Shown: positions 22,050 to 31,373 of the stretch, piece after piece
Layout: each line of letters begins with the position of its first letter
How positions within the stretch are numbered: position 1 is the first letter of the stretch
DNA from: Thermostichus sp. DRC_bins_24
GTDB taxonomy: Bacteria > Cyanobacteriota > Cyanobacteriia > Thermostichales > Thermostichaceae
DNA length: 38,710 nt
Reading direction: 5' to 3'
Assembly: GCA_039794845.1 (NCBI GenBank)
Contig: JAUQVK010000079.1
Coordinates: 1-38,710, forward strand
Made by a program: the position numbers and the translations under genes
Notes under the pieces: generated by a model
What the model was told of the DNA's origin: nothing
What the model saw: the letters and a program-made list of their open reading frames with translations, nothing else
Databases searched by the model: none

Positions 22050-22480
22050 CTGTTTGGCTGTAGCGATGCTTCCCGAGGGCAACAAGTTAACCAGCTCAAG
22101 AACGAGCCTGGCAATTGCGGATCCTGGAAAGACATGATACAGCCATAATCCACATCGTCTACCACTTTACACACTTTCTGCGTGAGACTCAATGCGAGAC
22201 TCAACAGCGGTAGATGATCCAGGCCCAATACTCATTACTTTACCTCAGGGATCCGGCTCTGGCTAGCAGACGGGCTTCCTACGAGATACTTACGTGCCCC
22301 AGCAGCCACCCCAGCGTTGCCACCACCTAAGGGTATCGGGCCTCATCTTGTATTTGTATGCAGTAGCACTCTACTTAGCCGTCTTGGCTTGTGCAGATGC
22401 TCGACACCGACCCGGCAACTCAGGAGGCCCCTAACCCAGGAGCTCCAAATCCAAATGCTTTAAGGATCAAAGGCTCAAGA

Positions 22481-22552
<72 letters not shown>

Positions 22553-22594
22553 AGTTGGGAACCTTAGCCCAATGAGTCTAGCATTGCTGTGAGG

Positions 22595-23758
22595 CTATTT
22601 CCCCATACCCAGGCTTTGGGCCTTCTGGTAAACCTTGCCTTCTGTCAGGAGTGAGGGGGCAATGCAGATATCCACCTGCTGCATTTCCCTAAGGTTGGCG
22701 ACACCGAGGGTCGCCATGCTGGTGCGCAATGCCCCCAAGAGGTTGTGGGTGCCATCGTCCAGACGGGCGGGGCCACGTAAGATCTCTTCCAGGGTGCCGG
22801 TGGATCCCACTTGAATGCGGGTGCCACGGGGCAGCACAGGGCTGGGAGTGGCCATTCCCCAGTGAAAACCGCGCCCGGGAGCTTCTTTGGCACGGGCCAA
22901 GGGCGATCCGATCATCACTGCATCGGCACCACAGGCAATGGCTTTGCAGATATCCCCGCCGGTCACCAGCCCACCGTCGGCGATCACCGGCACATAAGTT
23001 CCCGTCTGGGCCAGAAACTGATCTCGCGCGGCGGCACAATCGGCTACAGCCGTGGCTTGCGGTACGCCTACCCCCAAGACTCCACGGGAAGTACAAGCAG
23101 CACCAGGGCCAATTCCCACCAGTACCCCTGCAGCTCCCGCTTGCATCAGCTCGAGGGTGACATCGTAGGTGACGCAGTTGCCCACCACCACCGGAATGGG
23201 CATGGATTGACAAAACTGGGCCAGATCCAGCAAGTCTATTCCCTCTGGGGCCTTGTGGTGAACGGAAACCACCGTGGCTTGTACAAAAAACAGATCCCCC
23301 CCCGCTTCGGCGACCAAAGGGCCGTACTGAGCGGCATTGGCGGGCACACTGCTGGCAGCCGCAATTCCGCCACCGGCTTTGATTTGCTGGATGCGCTCTT
23401 GAATCAGAGCCGGTTTGACGGGTTCACTGTAGAGGCGCTGCATCAGGGGTACAAATTCGTCCTTGCCCACGGCGGCGATCTCGTCCAATACCTCGTCCGG
23501 ATCCGCATAGCGGGTTTGGATCCCGTCTAGGTTGAGCACCCCAAAAGCTCCCAGTTCCGAGAGCAGAATGGCCATTTTGACATCCACCACGCCATCCATG
23601 GCGCTGGCGATAATTGGGATTTGCCGTTGGATCCCTGCCAATGTGAAGTGGGTATCCACCAAACTGGGATCCAGTGTCCGTCTGCCTGGAGCCAGGGCAA
23701 TCTCATCCAGCCCATAGGCCCGTCTAACCTGCCGATTGCGGCCCAATTGAATGTCCAT
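22595..23758 (-). CDS. guaB: IMP dehydrogenase family protein (cyanobacterial GuaB3 type)
   Basis: RRAYGLDEIAL, ASAMDGV, GIGPGAACTSR and VIADGG. Confidence 0.93.
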   Translation of the reverse strand: MDIQLGRNRQVRRAYGLDEIALAPGRRTLDPSLVDTHFTLAGIQRQIPIIASAMDGVVDVKMAILLSELGAFGVLNLDGIQTRYADPDEVLDEIAAVGKDEFVPLMQRLYSEPVKPALIQERIQQIKAGGGIAAASSVPANAAQYGPLVAEAGGDLFFVQATVVSVHHKAPEGIDLLDLAQFCQSMPIPVVVGNCVTYDVTLELMQAGAAGVLVGIGPGAACTSRGVLGVGVPQATAVADCAAARDQFLAQTGTYVPVIADGGLVTGGDICKAIACGADAVMIGSPLARAKEAPGRGFHWGMATPSPVLPRGTRIQVGSTGTLEEILRGPARLDDGTHNLLGALRTSMATLGVANLREMQQVDICIAPSLLTEGKVYQKAQSLGMGK

Positions 23759-23884
23759 TGCTGTCCTGTTTCACGGATCCCTTTTTTCATGATGCCGTTA
23801 AGGGGTAACCCAACGCCAGTGCCGAACTGCCGGGGCTGAGCACAACACAGCATGGGATCCCATAAACTTTGTCGGGAAGCAGCT

Positions 23885-23995
23885 TACAGCCCTTGCGCGG
23901 GTTTTCTACGACAGGGATTATGTTTCCTAGCTCCCGCTTTCGCGGGGCCGGGAGGGCCAGCCCTCCAGAGGGTAGATCTCAACTTGTTACACGTG
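23885..23995 (-). mobile_element. MITE-like element, copy D (inverted, left end missing)
   Basis: The reverse complement reads CACGTGTAACAAGTTGAGATCT...GGAGGGCTGGCCCTCC..CCCCGCGAAAGCGGGAGCTAGGAAACATAATCCCTGTCGTAGAAAACCCGCGCAAGGGCTG-TA. Confidence 0.8.
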
Positions 23996-24024
23996 CCCCC
24001 TGTCGAGGATCACATTGAGCTCTT

Positions 24025-24288
24025 CTAGGCTGAGATCGAACTTGAGCCATCCAAAGGGCGAAACTCTGTAGCCTCCAGCGACACTAGCCAGGGATCCCTC
24101 TGATCATCGATTTGCACCAGCCAACGGCCGGTCCAGGCATGACGGCCTTTGCCCACCTCTGAACAACACTCTTTGCCCAACACATAACCCTGGTAACCCT
24201 TCAAATGGGGTGGAGACAAAATCTCCACCCGCACCTGCACCAAAGCGGATTCGTTACCTGGATTGGGTTCGGGCTCCAGCCTTTTCAA
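24025..24288 (-). CDS. Hypothetical protein (start uncertain)
   Basis: Its TTG start overlaps the stop of the upstream gene. Beta-rich pattern VEILSPP...GYVLG...WLVQI. Confidence 0.55.
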   Translation of the reverse strand: MKRLEPEPNPGNESALVQVRVEILSPPHLKGYQGYVLGKECCSEVGKGRHAWTGRWLVQIDDQRDPWLVSLEATEFRPLDGSSSISA

Positions 24289-24527
24289 GGGTCTTGCTCC
24301 TCCGGTGCTATCCCCAGTGCTTTGCGGCTGCGCTTCAGGGCTTTCCAGTGCTGGCGAATTTGACCGTAGGCTTCCTGAGGAGTAAGCTTGCCGTTGCGGG
24401 CGAGATTGCTGATGTAGCCGACGCGCTGGCTAAACTCCTGCAAATTGGCATCAAACACCAAGTTGGCCGGGGTAAATGGGCCGTAGTAGGAGTGGCGCGG
24501 ATAAAGAAACCCATGCTGATCGGTCAT
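24285..24527 (-). CDS. Conserved small cyanobacterial protein
   Basis: FLYP...YYG.FTPANLVFDANLQEFSQRVGYI..L...GKLTP.EAY motif; GGAGGGGG upstream. Confidence 0.85.
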   Translation of the reverse strand: MTDQHGFLYPRHSYYGPFTPANLVFDANLQEFSQRVGYISNLARNGKLTPQEAYGQIRQHWKALKRSRKALGIAPEEQDP

Positions 24528-24750
24528 GACATACCCCCTCCAACAACTTCTTCTTTGAATTTAATCTTCTCTTAACCTAAAGAGAGAGGATGTTTATCAT
24601 TCTTGTTCTCAGGGATCCGGCACAGCTGCTGGCCCACTCGCAAGGCTGTTCAACAAAGGTGCATATATGAGCTAAGTCCCCGATGGTTCTGGGGGGCGAA
24701 GAGCAGGGATCCCGAATTGAACTGGCGTTTTGCCCGACCATTCGCGGACA

Positions 24751-24822
24751 TGGGTCGGCAGGGATTCGAACCCTGGACCAATCGGTTAAAAGCCGAGTGC
24801 TCTACCGCTGAGCTACCGACCC
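24751..24822 (-). tRNA. trnK: tRNA-Lys(TTT)
   Basis: GGGTCGGTAGCTCAGCGGTAGAGCACTCGGCT-TTT-AACCGATTGGTCCAGGGTTCGAATCCCTGCCGACCCA. Confidence 0.97.
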
Positions 24823-24903
24823 AAATTTTCAGCTTTACCATCATAGCAAAGTTGCTTTACCATGTCCCAAAAAATTTTGCTATGCTGGAACCAAGTCAAC
24901 CCT

Positions 24904-25297
24904 GGGGCTGTAACGGTTTCGACGGGGTGGCGAACAAGGGTTCATGATGCAGGTCGGGATTGAGCTTATCCCGTTATCACCAGGCTCAAAAAAGTACGTG
25001 CGAACAACGTCGTACCCTTTGCTCGTAAAGCTGCCGTTCTGGCTGCCTAAGGCTCAGTAACCTAAAAATTGAGCTCGAGGATCCCCTCACGACCCCGTTA
25101 AGTGGGCGGATCAAACCCCCAACGGGTGCAGCTCTCTTCTTTGGCTCCGTCGAGAGGGAGACCAAGATCAGACGGAGAAATCCCATCACCGGGATCCAAA
25201 CGGTGATCCCTGCCTCTGGGGTAAAAGGGGCTAAGCCTGTGAATGAATGATCCCCCATTACCCATCTCGGACACGGGTTCGACTCCCGTCAGCTCCA
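24904..25297 (+). ncRNA. ssrA: tmRNA, one-piece; tag ANNVVPFARKAAVLAA* at 25000-25050
   Basis: 5' GGGGCTGTAACGGTTTCGAC, 3' T-arm GGGTTCGACTCCC, and CAGCTCCA acceptor end with a G-U alanine determinant. Cyanobacterial-type tag; CCA not encoded. Confidence 0.97.
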
Positions 25298-25419
25298 TTC
25301 CTCCCCACAACTTTCCCGCAACTTTAGGGACATAGAAACGTAGGAGATGGCGCAATTTGAGGCGCTGTCTTGGTTCCTTCATGTTCGGCCTGATTGGGCC
25401 TGAGAGGGGAGATGGTGGG

Positions 25420-25600
25420 TCAGGATTCGGCGCCAGCAGCCCTTGCACTGCGTAGAGATGTAGGGGTTCCGCTTTTCCCTCTAGGAATGGGATCCCAAAT
25501 CTTCCCTCGGCACCTGATCGCGCACCAGGTGGTAGACCGCCTCGGAGATGAGAATATCCCGCTTGGGTCAGGCTTTCGATGCGCGCTGCCACGTTTACCG
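25420..25600 (-). pseudogene. Remnant of a class III adenylate/guanylate cyclase catalytic domain (C-terminal half)
   Basis: VNVAARIESLTQAG | (frameshift) DILISEAVYHLVRDQVPREDLG | (frameshift) LEGKAEPLHLYAVQGL, with a stop just upstream. Confidence 0.7.
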
Positions 25601-25658
25601 AAAGTCAGCCTAAAGCCGGAGGCTTTACGCTGGTTCCTGGTAAGCTCAAACCACTGTG

Positions 25659-26549
25659 ATGGGGAGCACAAAATCTGTGGATATTCTGGAGCAACGCATC
25701 CAGGTGGGGGAGCTGGATTGGTTCTTCCGCGAAGTGGATCCTGATCGGGGCAACCGTGCTTCGCACAGTGCGGAGCGCCAACTGCCGCCGGTGCTACTGC
25801 TGCATGGGCTGGTCTCTCAAAGTTATGGTTGGCTACCCCTCCTGAACGCTTTGGGTGAGCAGGGGTTCCGCGCCTTGGCCCCGGACTGGATTGGCTCGGG
25901 GTTTTCCGCCAAACCGGAACGCTGGCAGTTCGACTACCGCCCGCAAACGATGCAGAAGGCCCTGGCAGCGTGGATCGAAGCCCAATCTTTGGAGCGTTTT
26001 TCGCTGGTGGTGCAGGGCTTTCTCGGCTCCGTCGGGCTGCAATATGCCCTCAAAAACCCGGAGCGCATCGAACGGCTGATCATCCTCAATACCCCGATTG
26101 GCCGAGGGGCAAAGTTACCCTGGTCAATTCGGGCCTTCGGGATCCCATTGGTGGGGGATATGCTCACTCAAGATCCGCTGCTGGTGGATCGCACCCTGGA
26201 GACCGGTGGTATTTACCGGGTGAAAGACAAAGATCTGGATGTGTATCGCCGCCCTTTTCTGACCACCTCCGCCAGCGGACGCGCCCTCTTGGCAACGGTG
26301 CAAAACTTGAGCCTGCCGCAGGTGATGCAGGAGTTAGAGGTAGGCTTCGCCACCTGGAGTCGCCCCACCCTGATCGCGTGGGGCATGCAAGATCGCTGGC
26401 TACCCTTTGAGTTGGTGACGCAACTGTGCCGACGGATCCCAAAGGCCCAGGTGGTGAAATTGGAGCAAGTGGGCCATTACCCCCAGCACGATTGGCCCGA
26501 GAAAGTGCAGGAGGCGGTGATCCCGTTTTTGCGTCAGCTGATTGTTTGA
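25659..26549 (+). CDS. Alpha/beta hydrolase (haloalkane dehalogenase-like fold)
   Basis: VLLLHG, APDWIGSGFS, LIAWGMQD and GHYPQ. The nucleophile elbow is atypical (VVQGFLG). Confidence 0.85.
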   Translation: MGSTKSVDILEQRIQVGELDWFFREVDPDRGNRASHSAERQLPPVLLLHGLVSQSYGWLPLLNALGEQGFRALAPDWIGSGFSAKPERWQFDYRPQTMQKALAAWIEAQSLERFSLVVQGFLGSVGLQYALKNPERIERLIILNTPIGRGAKLPWSIRAFGIPLVGDMLTQDPLLVDRTLETGGIYRVKDKDLDVYRRPFLTTSASGRALLATVQNLSLPQVMQELEVGFATWSRPTLIAWGMQDRWLPFELVTQLCRRIPKAQVVKLEQVGHYPQHDWPEKVQEAVIPFLRQLIV

Positions 26550-26564
26550 GGGCGTGGTCAAGGT

Positions 26565-26921
26565 ATGGCAGAGCTACTGTGGCTGGATCCCCAGCGTTAC
26601 CGACTGATGTTTGCGGGGGCTGAGGTGAGCCTATCCGGCCCGTTTGCAGAGCTGATTCTCAAGGCCTTGCTGAGCATGTTGCCCGCCGAGAAAATGGAGA
26701 TGATGCGCCCCACCACCACCCGCGCCTATACCCTCAGCCAGATTTCCCAAGCAGATTACGACCGGCTGGTGGCTACCCTCGCCCAGATCAACCAAGCCCT
26801 TGGCCAGGAGGTTTTGCGTACGAATTTCCGCCCCCGCGCCGAGGGAGAACCCCTACAAGCCAAGATCCTGTTGGGGGAGAAAACCTTGGTGAAAGGGGTA
26901 GAGTTGACGGCAGGTGGGTGA
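26565..26921 (+). CDS. Hypothetical protein
   Basis: 118-aa ORF closely spaced between co-oriented genes. Confidence 0.7.
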   Translation: MAELLWLDPQRYRLMFAGAEVSLSGPFAELILKALLSMLPAEKMEMMRPTTTRAYTLSQISQADYDRLVATLAQINQALGQEVLRTNFRPRAEGEPLQAKILLGEKTLVKGVELTAGG

Positions 26922-26938
26922 GTTCCTAGCCTGTGTCT

Positions 26939-27058
26939 ATGCCCATTCTGATTATCAGCGGTGTCTCCGGCTCTGGGAAAACCACCGTTGGCTCCCTGTT
27001 GGCGCAGGAGTTGGGTTGGATCTTCTTGGATGCGGATGACTTTCACCCCCCAGAATCA
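26939..27058 (+). pseudogene. Gluconokinase (GntK/IdnK) N-terminal fragment, in frame with the next gene
   Basis: [40 protein letters not shown] contains the P-loop and DADDFH motif; the rest of the enzyme is absent. Confidence 0.75.
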
Positions 27059-27379
27059 ATGCGAATTCGATGGCAGCGAACCCACTCCTCTACCTGTCAC
27101 TGTGCCACCTGCGGTAAGCGCTTTGCGGGCGGAAAACGGGTTCGTCACCTGTTTAGCGATGGAGGATGGGATCTCGGCCCCATTTGCCCGGAGTGTTGTG
27201 CCCTTTCCCCCCAACACCTGCGAGAACAGATCCGCCGCTATGCCTATTTGATTCACTTGAATCGCCTGCGTCATCCTGGCTCCAGAGAGCATGCCCGTCA
27301 TCTGGAACAGGTGGCCAAGGAGCGCTCCATTCGTTATCCCGGTTTGTGGGGGTGGCTGCGGCAATGGCGACACAAGTAG
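27059..27379 (+). CDS. Small CxxC...CxxC (Zn-ribbon-like) protein
   Basis: [15 protein letters not shown]...[17 protein letters not shown]; internal ATG at 27059. Confidence 0.65.
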   Translation: MRIRWQRTHSSTCHCATCGKRFAGGKRVRHLFSDGGWDLGPICPECCALSPQHLREQIRRYAYLIHLNRLRHPGSREHARHLEQVAKERSIRYPGLWGWLRQWRHK

Positions 27380-27466
27380 GGATTGATGCAGGAGAATCAG
27401 GAGAAGTTGCCCATGGGATCCCTAGAGCGGCTCCCGATTTTCCAGACCCATTGATGAGGAAGCCCG

Positions 27467-27745
27467 ATGTATAACCTGGACAGCCTGCCAGAACCCGTAG
27501 CAGATGCCCTGATCAAAAGCCTGCTCACCGACGTGGAAAACTTGATCAACCAGCATGGCCTATCCGAGATCCTGGTGGGTTTGGCCATGTATTGCAATGT
27601 GCAGTCCAAGGCCAAGTTTGCCAAGCCCAATCGCACCGAGAAAGATGAGGAGTTGGGGTTTTATTTTCGGGATGCCGCCAAAGCCCTAGAGGTGGCTGCC
27701 AGCCTTACCTATCGCACCATGGATCGTTCCCAACCTGGGGGTTAG
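27467..27745 (+). CDS. Hypothetical helical protein
   Basis: 92-aa ORF preceded by GAGGA. Confidence 0.7.
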   Translation: MYNLDSLPEPVADALIKSLLTDVENLINQHGLSEILVGLAMYCNVQSKAKFAKPNRTEKDEELGFYFRDAAKALEVAASLTYRTMDRSQPGG

Positions 27746-27807
27746 CCCATGGAGCCCCATGGATTCCCTTGCCCTGACGGGGTGGCAAAGGATCCCCTTC
27801 GGTTCGT

Positions 27808-28155
27808 ATGCTGGTGGGCGACAAGCACCGATTGAGGCTAAGCGTGAGGATCGTCTGGGAGCGCAGCATTTACGGCGGCAATGGCCGAGTCCCCTGCATC
27901 ATCTGTGGTGGATGGGCCAACCCTGTCCAGAAGAAAGGGCACCAAGTGCTGTTGGCAGTGGTCTACAACGATCGCGGGCAAATCTACGGGGAAGCCTGTC
28001 GCAGCTGTGTCAATTTGGGGGCCAAGGGCATTAAGGAATGCCTACAGGAGCGGATTACCCGTCTACGTAACCAACTTCAAGATCTCCAGGAGCTGGAGCA
28101 GGGAGAAGTGCAATTGCCCAGCCTGGAACAGGAGCTGAGCGCCTACCTGGATTGA
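27808..28155 (+). CDS. Small CxxC...CxxC protein with a C-terminal coiled coil (apparent paralog of 27059-27379)
   Basis: VRIVWERS...CIICGG...VYNDRGQIYGEACRSC...LQERITRLRNQLQDLQEL. Confidence 0.75.
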   Translation: MLVGDKHRLRLSVRIVWERSIYGGNGRVPCIICGGWANPVQKKGHQVLLAVVYNDRGQIYGEACRSCVNLGAKGIKECLQERITRLRNQLQDLQELEQGEVQLPSLEQELSAYLD

Positions 28156-28163
28156 GCTTGGAT

Positions 28164-28223
28164 TAAGGTGGTTCGTAAACGACCCGACGCAATGCCTAGG
28201 GCAGGCTCACACCGACACCTTAC
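28164..28223. repeat. REP-like palindrome carrying a nested ~26-nt insert
   Basis: TAAGGTG...ACGCA[ATGCCTAGGGCAGGCTCACACCGACA]CCTTAC between convergent genes. Confidence 0.5.
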
Positions 28224-28269
28224 GGGTAGAGTGCGGGGCTCCTGCGAGTTAAGCTGAATCGATTCTCGC

Positions 28270-29679
28270 TCACCCTTTGGGTTCACCCTGGCGTTCGATC
28301 GGTACCTGCAGCCAACGGCTCAGCTCCGAGGCCAACCATTCCAGCTCCGGTTCTTGCAAAGGGATCTCGGCTCCCAGCTCGTACTTGCGGTTGCCCGCCC
28401 AGATGTTCAACTGCGGCTTTACCTCCACCCGATCCCCATCGGCATCTCGTTGAGTATGGCGGGGCACCAACTCTAGCCGGTCAATATCCCGTCGCCAACT
28501 GAGGGGCACTTTGCGAAAGCGCAGCCCAAACACTTCATGGGTAAGGCCAATTCGGTCTTTGTCGATGTGCAGGTGAGCTTTGCCGAATAAACCGTAGAGG
28601 ATCCCGCCCACCATCCCCAACCCCACCGTCCAGAAGGGCAGCGTGAACAGGCCAAACACCACATTGACCGGGAAAGGGGTAAACCCAACCGACATGAGGG
28701 TGAAAAAGGTGATGAAGGAGTTCCAGACAATGGCAAAAGGCAGCAAAACCAGAGCACCCGGCTGGTTGGCCGGGATCACCACCTGAAAGGTCTGTTCTGA
28801 TTTGTTCAGTCGAATGGTGCTGCCTGCCGGTTGCCGAGTGGGGACTGTCGCGGCTTCCATGCGAGCCAAAGCCGGACGATGCTCCAAATGCTTCAGTGCT
28901 TCCAGGGCTTGCTGGGCCGAAGCCGGACGATCCGCCACCAAAGGCTCTGTCATCCAACGCAACCAATCCCGAAAGGGCACGCTCAGTTGTACCACCTGCT
29001 CGAACAGGATCTGGGATCCCTCCTGGGGCAGATCCGCCGGATGTTGGCTGGTGAGCAAATGAATCAGGGTGGCTCCCAAGCTGTACAAATCGGATGCGGG
29101 CACCGTTCTGCCGCCAAATTGCTCTAGGGGCATGTAGCCATAGCTGCCCACCACGGTGTAGGATCCCTGCTCCCGCGGGGCCGCCGCTTGAACGGAGCCA
29201 AAATCCACCAGATAAACCTGTTGGTCGGATCCCAAGAGAATGTTGCTGGGCTTGAGATCCCGGTGAATCACGGGGGGATGCAGCCCGTGGAGGTAGGTGA
29301 GAATGCCGAGCAAATCTTGGGCCAAAGCCCGCACCTCTTGTTCGGTAAAGCGCCGCCCCTGAGCAATCCAATCTTGCAAGGAAGGAGCTTCGATGTAGGT
29401 TTGCACCAGTACCAACCCCTGCCCGTCTTCGAAGGCGATCTCAAAGTGATCGCGGTATTGGGGAATGGCCGGATGGGAGAGGGTTTGCAGAATCTGGGCC
29501 TCCCGCCGGAACAGTTTGAGGTCTGCCCAGTCAAACTCGGGCCCGAACCGCAGCAGCTTAATCACAACCCGCTCTGAAGTGGTGAGATCCTGTGCCAGGT
29601 AGGTTTGTCTGCCACTGCGCCGACTCAGTTGCCGCTCAAGCCGATACCGTTGCTTCCAAACGGGGTGATCTGAGGTCAT
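28270..29679 (-). CDS. Hanks-type Ser/Thr protein kinase with C-terminal TM helices
   Basis: VVIK, IHRDLKPSNIL, LVDFG, GSYGYMPLEQ and SDLYSLG. Confidence 0.93.
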   Translation of the reverse strand: MTSDHPVWKQRYRLERQLSRRSGRQTYLAQDLTTSERVVIKLLRFGPEFDWADLKLFRREAQILQTLSHPAIPQYRDHFEIAFEDGQGLVLVQTYIEAPSLQDWIAQGRRFTEQEVRALAQDLLGILTYLHGLHPPVIHRDLKPSNILLGSDQQVYLVDFGSVQAAAPREQGSYTVVGSYGYMPLEQFGGRTVPASDLYSLGATLIHLLTSQHPADLPQEGSQILFEQVVQLSVPFRDWLRWMTEPLVADRPASAQQALEALKHLEHRPALARMEAATVPTRQPAGSTIRLNKSEQTFQVVIPANQPGALVLLPFAIVWNSFITFFTLMSVGFTPFPVNVVFGLFTLPFWTVGLGMVGGILYGLFGKAHLHIDKDRIGLTHEVFGLRFRKVPLSWRRDIDRLELVPRHTQRDADGDRVEVKPQLNIWAGNRKYELGAEIPLQEPELEWLASELSRWLQVPIERQGEPKG

Positions 29680-29831
29680 ACCCCCTCCTTGGGATCCCTT
29701 CTCGTTCAGCGTATCCCTGCCCCCCTCATGTCGTACCCTGTGGCCCTGGTTTTCCTGGGAGGGGCTTCCTCGAGCCTCTCAAAAACCGATTACAGTGAAA
29801 AGGGGTTCGATGTCGTCCGTTTTCCCTCTCC

Positions 29832-30914
29832 ATGACAACTTCCACTCTCAACGCCGCCGCCATTCTAGAAGCGTTACGGCCCGTCCAGGATCCGGAGCTT
29901 CGCCGCAGCTTGGTGGAGCTGAACATGATTCGGGATATTCGGGTGGAGGCAGAACGGGTGGCCTTCACCCTGGTGTTGACCACACCCGCCTGTCCTTTGC
30001 GGGAGTTTATCGTCGATGAATGCAAGGCAGCCATCCGGCAATTGGCCCCGATTGAAACCATTGATGTCACGGTGACGGCGGAAACCCCCCGCTCCCCTTC
30101 GCTACCGGATCGGCAAGGGATCCCTGGCGTGCGCAACATCGTCGCCATTTCCAGTGGCAAAGGGGGGGTGGGCAAAACCTCGGTATCGGTGAATGTGGCG
30201 ATTGCCTTGGCCCAGAGTGGGGCGCGCGTGGGGCTGCTGGATGCCGATATCTATGGCCCCAATGTGCCCTTAATGCTGGGGCTACAGGATCAGTCTTTGC
30301 TGGTGCAAAAGCGCGAGGATGGCGGCGAGGATATCTTTCCGCTGGAAAATTACGGCGTAAAAATGGTGTCGATGGGCCTGTTGATCGGGCGGGATCAGCC
30401 GGTGATCTGGCGGGGGCCGATGCTGAATGGGGTGATCCGGCAATTTCTCTATCAGGTGCAGTGGGGAGAGTTGGACTACTTGATGGTGGATATGCCCCCT
30501 GGCACGGGCGATGCCCAGCTCACCCTGACCCAGGCGGTGCCCTTAGCAGGGGCGGTGATCGTGACCACGCCGCAATCGGTGGCCCTATTGGATAGCCGCA
30601 AGGGCTTGAATATGTTCCGGCAGTTGCAGGTGCCGATTTTGGGCATTGTCGAGAACATGAGCTACTTCATTCCCCCCGATCTGCCGGATCGCCAGTACGA
30701 CATTTTCGGTTCAGAAGGGGGAGAAACCACCGCCCGCGAGTTGGGGATCCCGTTGTTGGGGCGGATCCCGTTGGAAATTGCCCTACGCCAAGGGGGAGAT
30801 GTGGGCAAGCCGATTGTGGTTGGCCATCCCGAGTCTGCTTCAGCCCAAGCCCTGACCCAGATCGCCAAAACCCTGGCGGGCCGCGTTTCCATGTTGGCCC
30901 TGGGGGCGGGTTAG
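29832..30914 (+). CDS. apbC: Mrp/ApbC (NBP35 family) Fe-S cluster carrier ATPase
   Basis: N-terminal DPEL..TTPACP domain, SGKGGVGKT, DADIYGP, WRGPM, DMPPGTGD and ENMS. Confidence 0.92.
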   Translation: MTTSTLNAAAILEALRPVQDPELRRSLVELNMIRDIRVEAERVAFTLVLTTPACPLREFIVDECKAAIRQLAPIETIDVTVTAETPRSPSLPDRQGIPGVRNIVAISSGKGGVGKTSVSVNVAIALAQSGARVGLLDADIYGPNVPLMLGLQDQSLLVQKREDGGEDIFPLENYGVKMVSMGLLIGRDQPVIWRGPMLNGVIRQFLYQVQWGELDYLMVDMPPGTGDAQLTLTQAVPLAGAVIVTTPQSVALLDSRKGLNMFRQLQVPILGIVENMSYFIPPDLPDRQYDIFGSEGGETTARELGIPLLGRIPLEIALRQGGDVGKPIVVGHPESASAQALTQIAKTLAGRVSMLALGAG

Positions 30915-31300
30915 TACCGCTCCGCCTCCACCAAAGAAACCCCGAAGGTGCGTCCTCCCACCGTGATGCCCTCTTGGGCCTTACCGCGCACGGTAACAGT
31001 GCTGTTCATGGCCGGGATCCCTTTGTCGGTGATCACCCAAATGGAGCCGCTGCTGTCCTGCAGTTGATAGACTCCCTGCCCAAAAACACCCACCTGGTTC
31101 ACCACTTGGCCGCGGATCACCACATTCGTGTGTCGGGTGGGATTTTGAGCCACGGTAGCAATCGGGGTCGTGCCAATGCCCAAGCGGGCCAGTTGCCCGC
31201 ATCCGGTGGCTCCTGTCAAGGCCAAACCCAACACCAGCAGGAACACTAGGGATCCGCTGCGGAGGGGTTGGTGGAGTCGCTGCTTCATGGGCTGCTTCAT
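30911..31300 (-). CDS. Small lipoprotein with an OB-fold-like domain (start 31300 or 31288)
   Basis: Hydrophobic signal ending LTGATGC, then VVIRGQV...YQLQDSSGSIWV...VTVRG. Confidence 0.75.
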   Translation of the reverse strand: MKQPMKQRLHQPLRSGSLVFLLVLGLALTGATGCGQLARLGIGTTPIATVAQNPTRHTNVVIRGQVVNQVGVFGQGVYQLQDSSGSIWVITDKGIPAMNSTVTVRGKAQEGITVGGRTFGVSLVEAERY

Positions 31301-31373
31301 GGGTTGTGCTCCATCATTAGCACCTGCTCCCACCATAGCAAGGAGAAGGGGAACCGGAAGAGGAAGGGCAAGG

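Noticed and set aside
21017..22063. 348-aa antisense ORF over the porin (and similar long antisense ORFs over gpmI, atpB and bamA)
   Set aside because: Shadow frames from GC-rich codon bias, with no recognisable motifs.
24560..24578. TTTAATCT-N3-CTTAACCT Pho-box-like pair
   Set aside because: Only two repeats, oriented opposite to the adjacent gene; too weak despite the sphS-like gene in the window.
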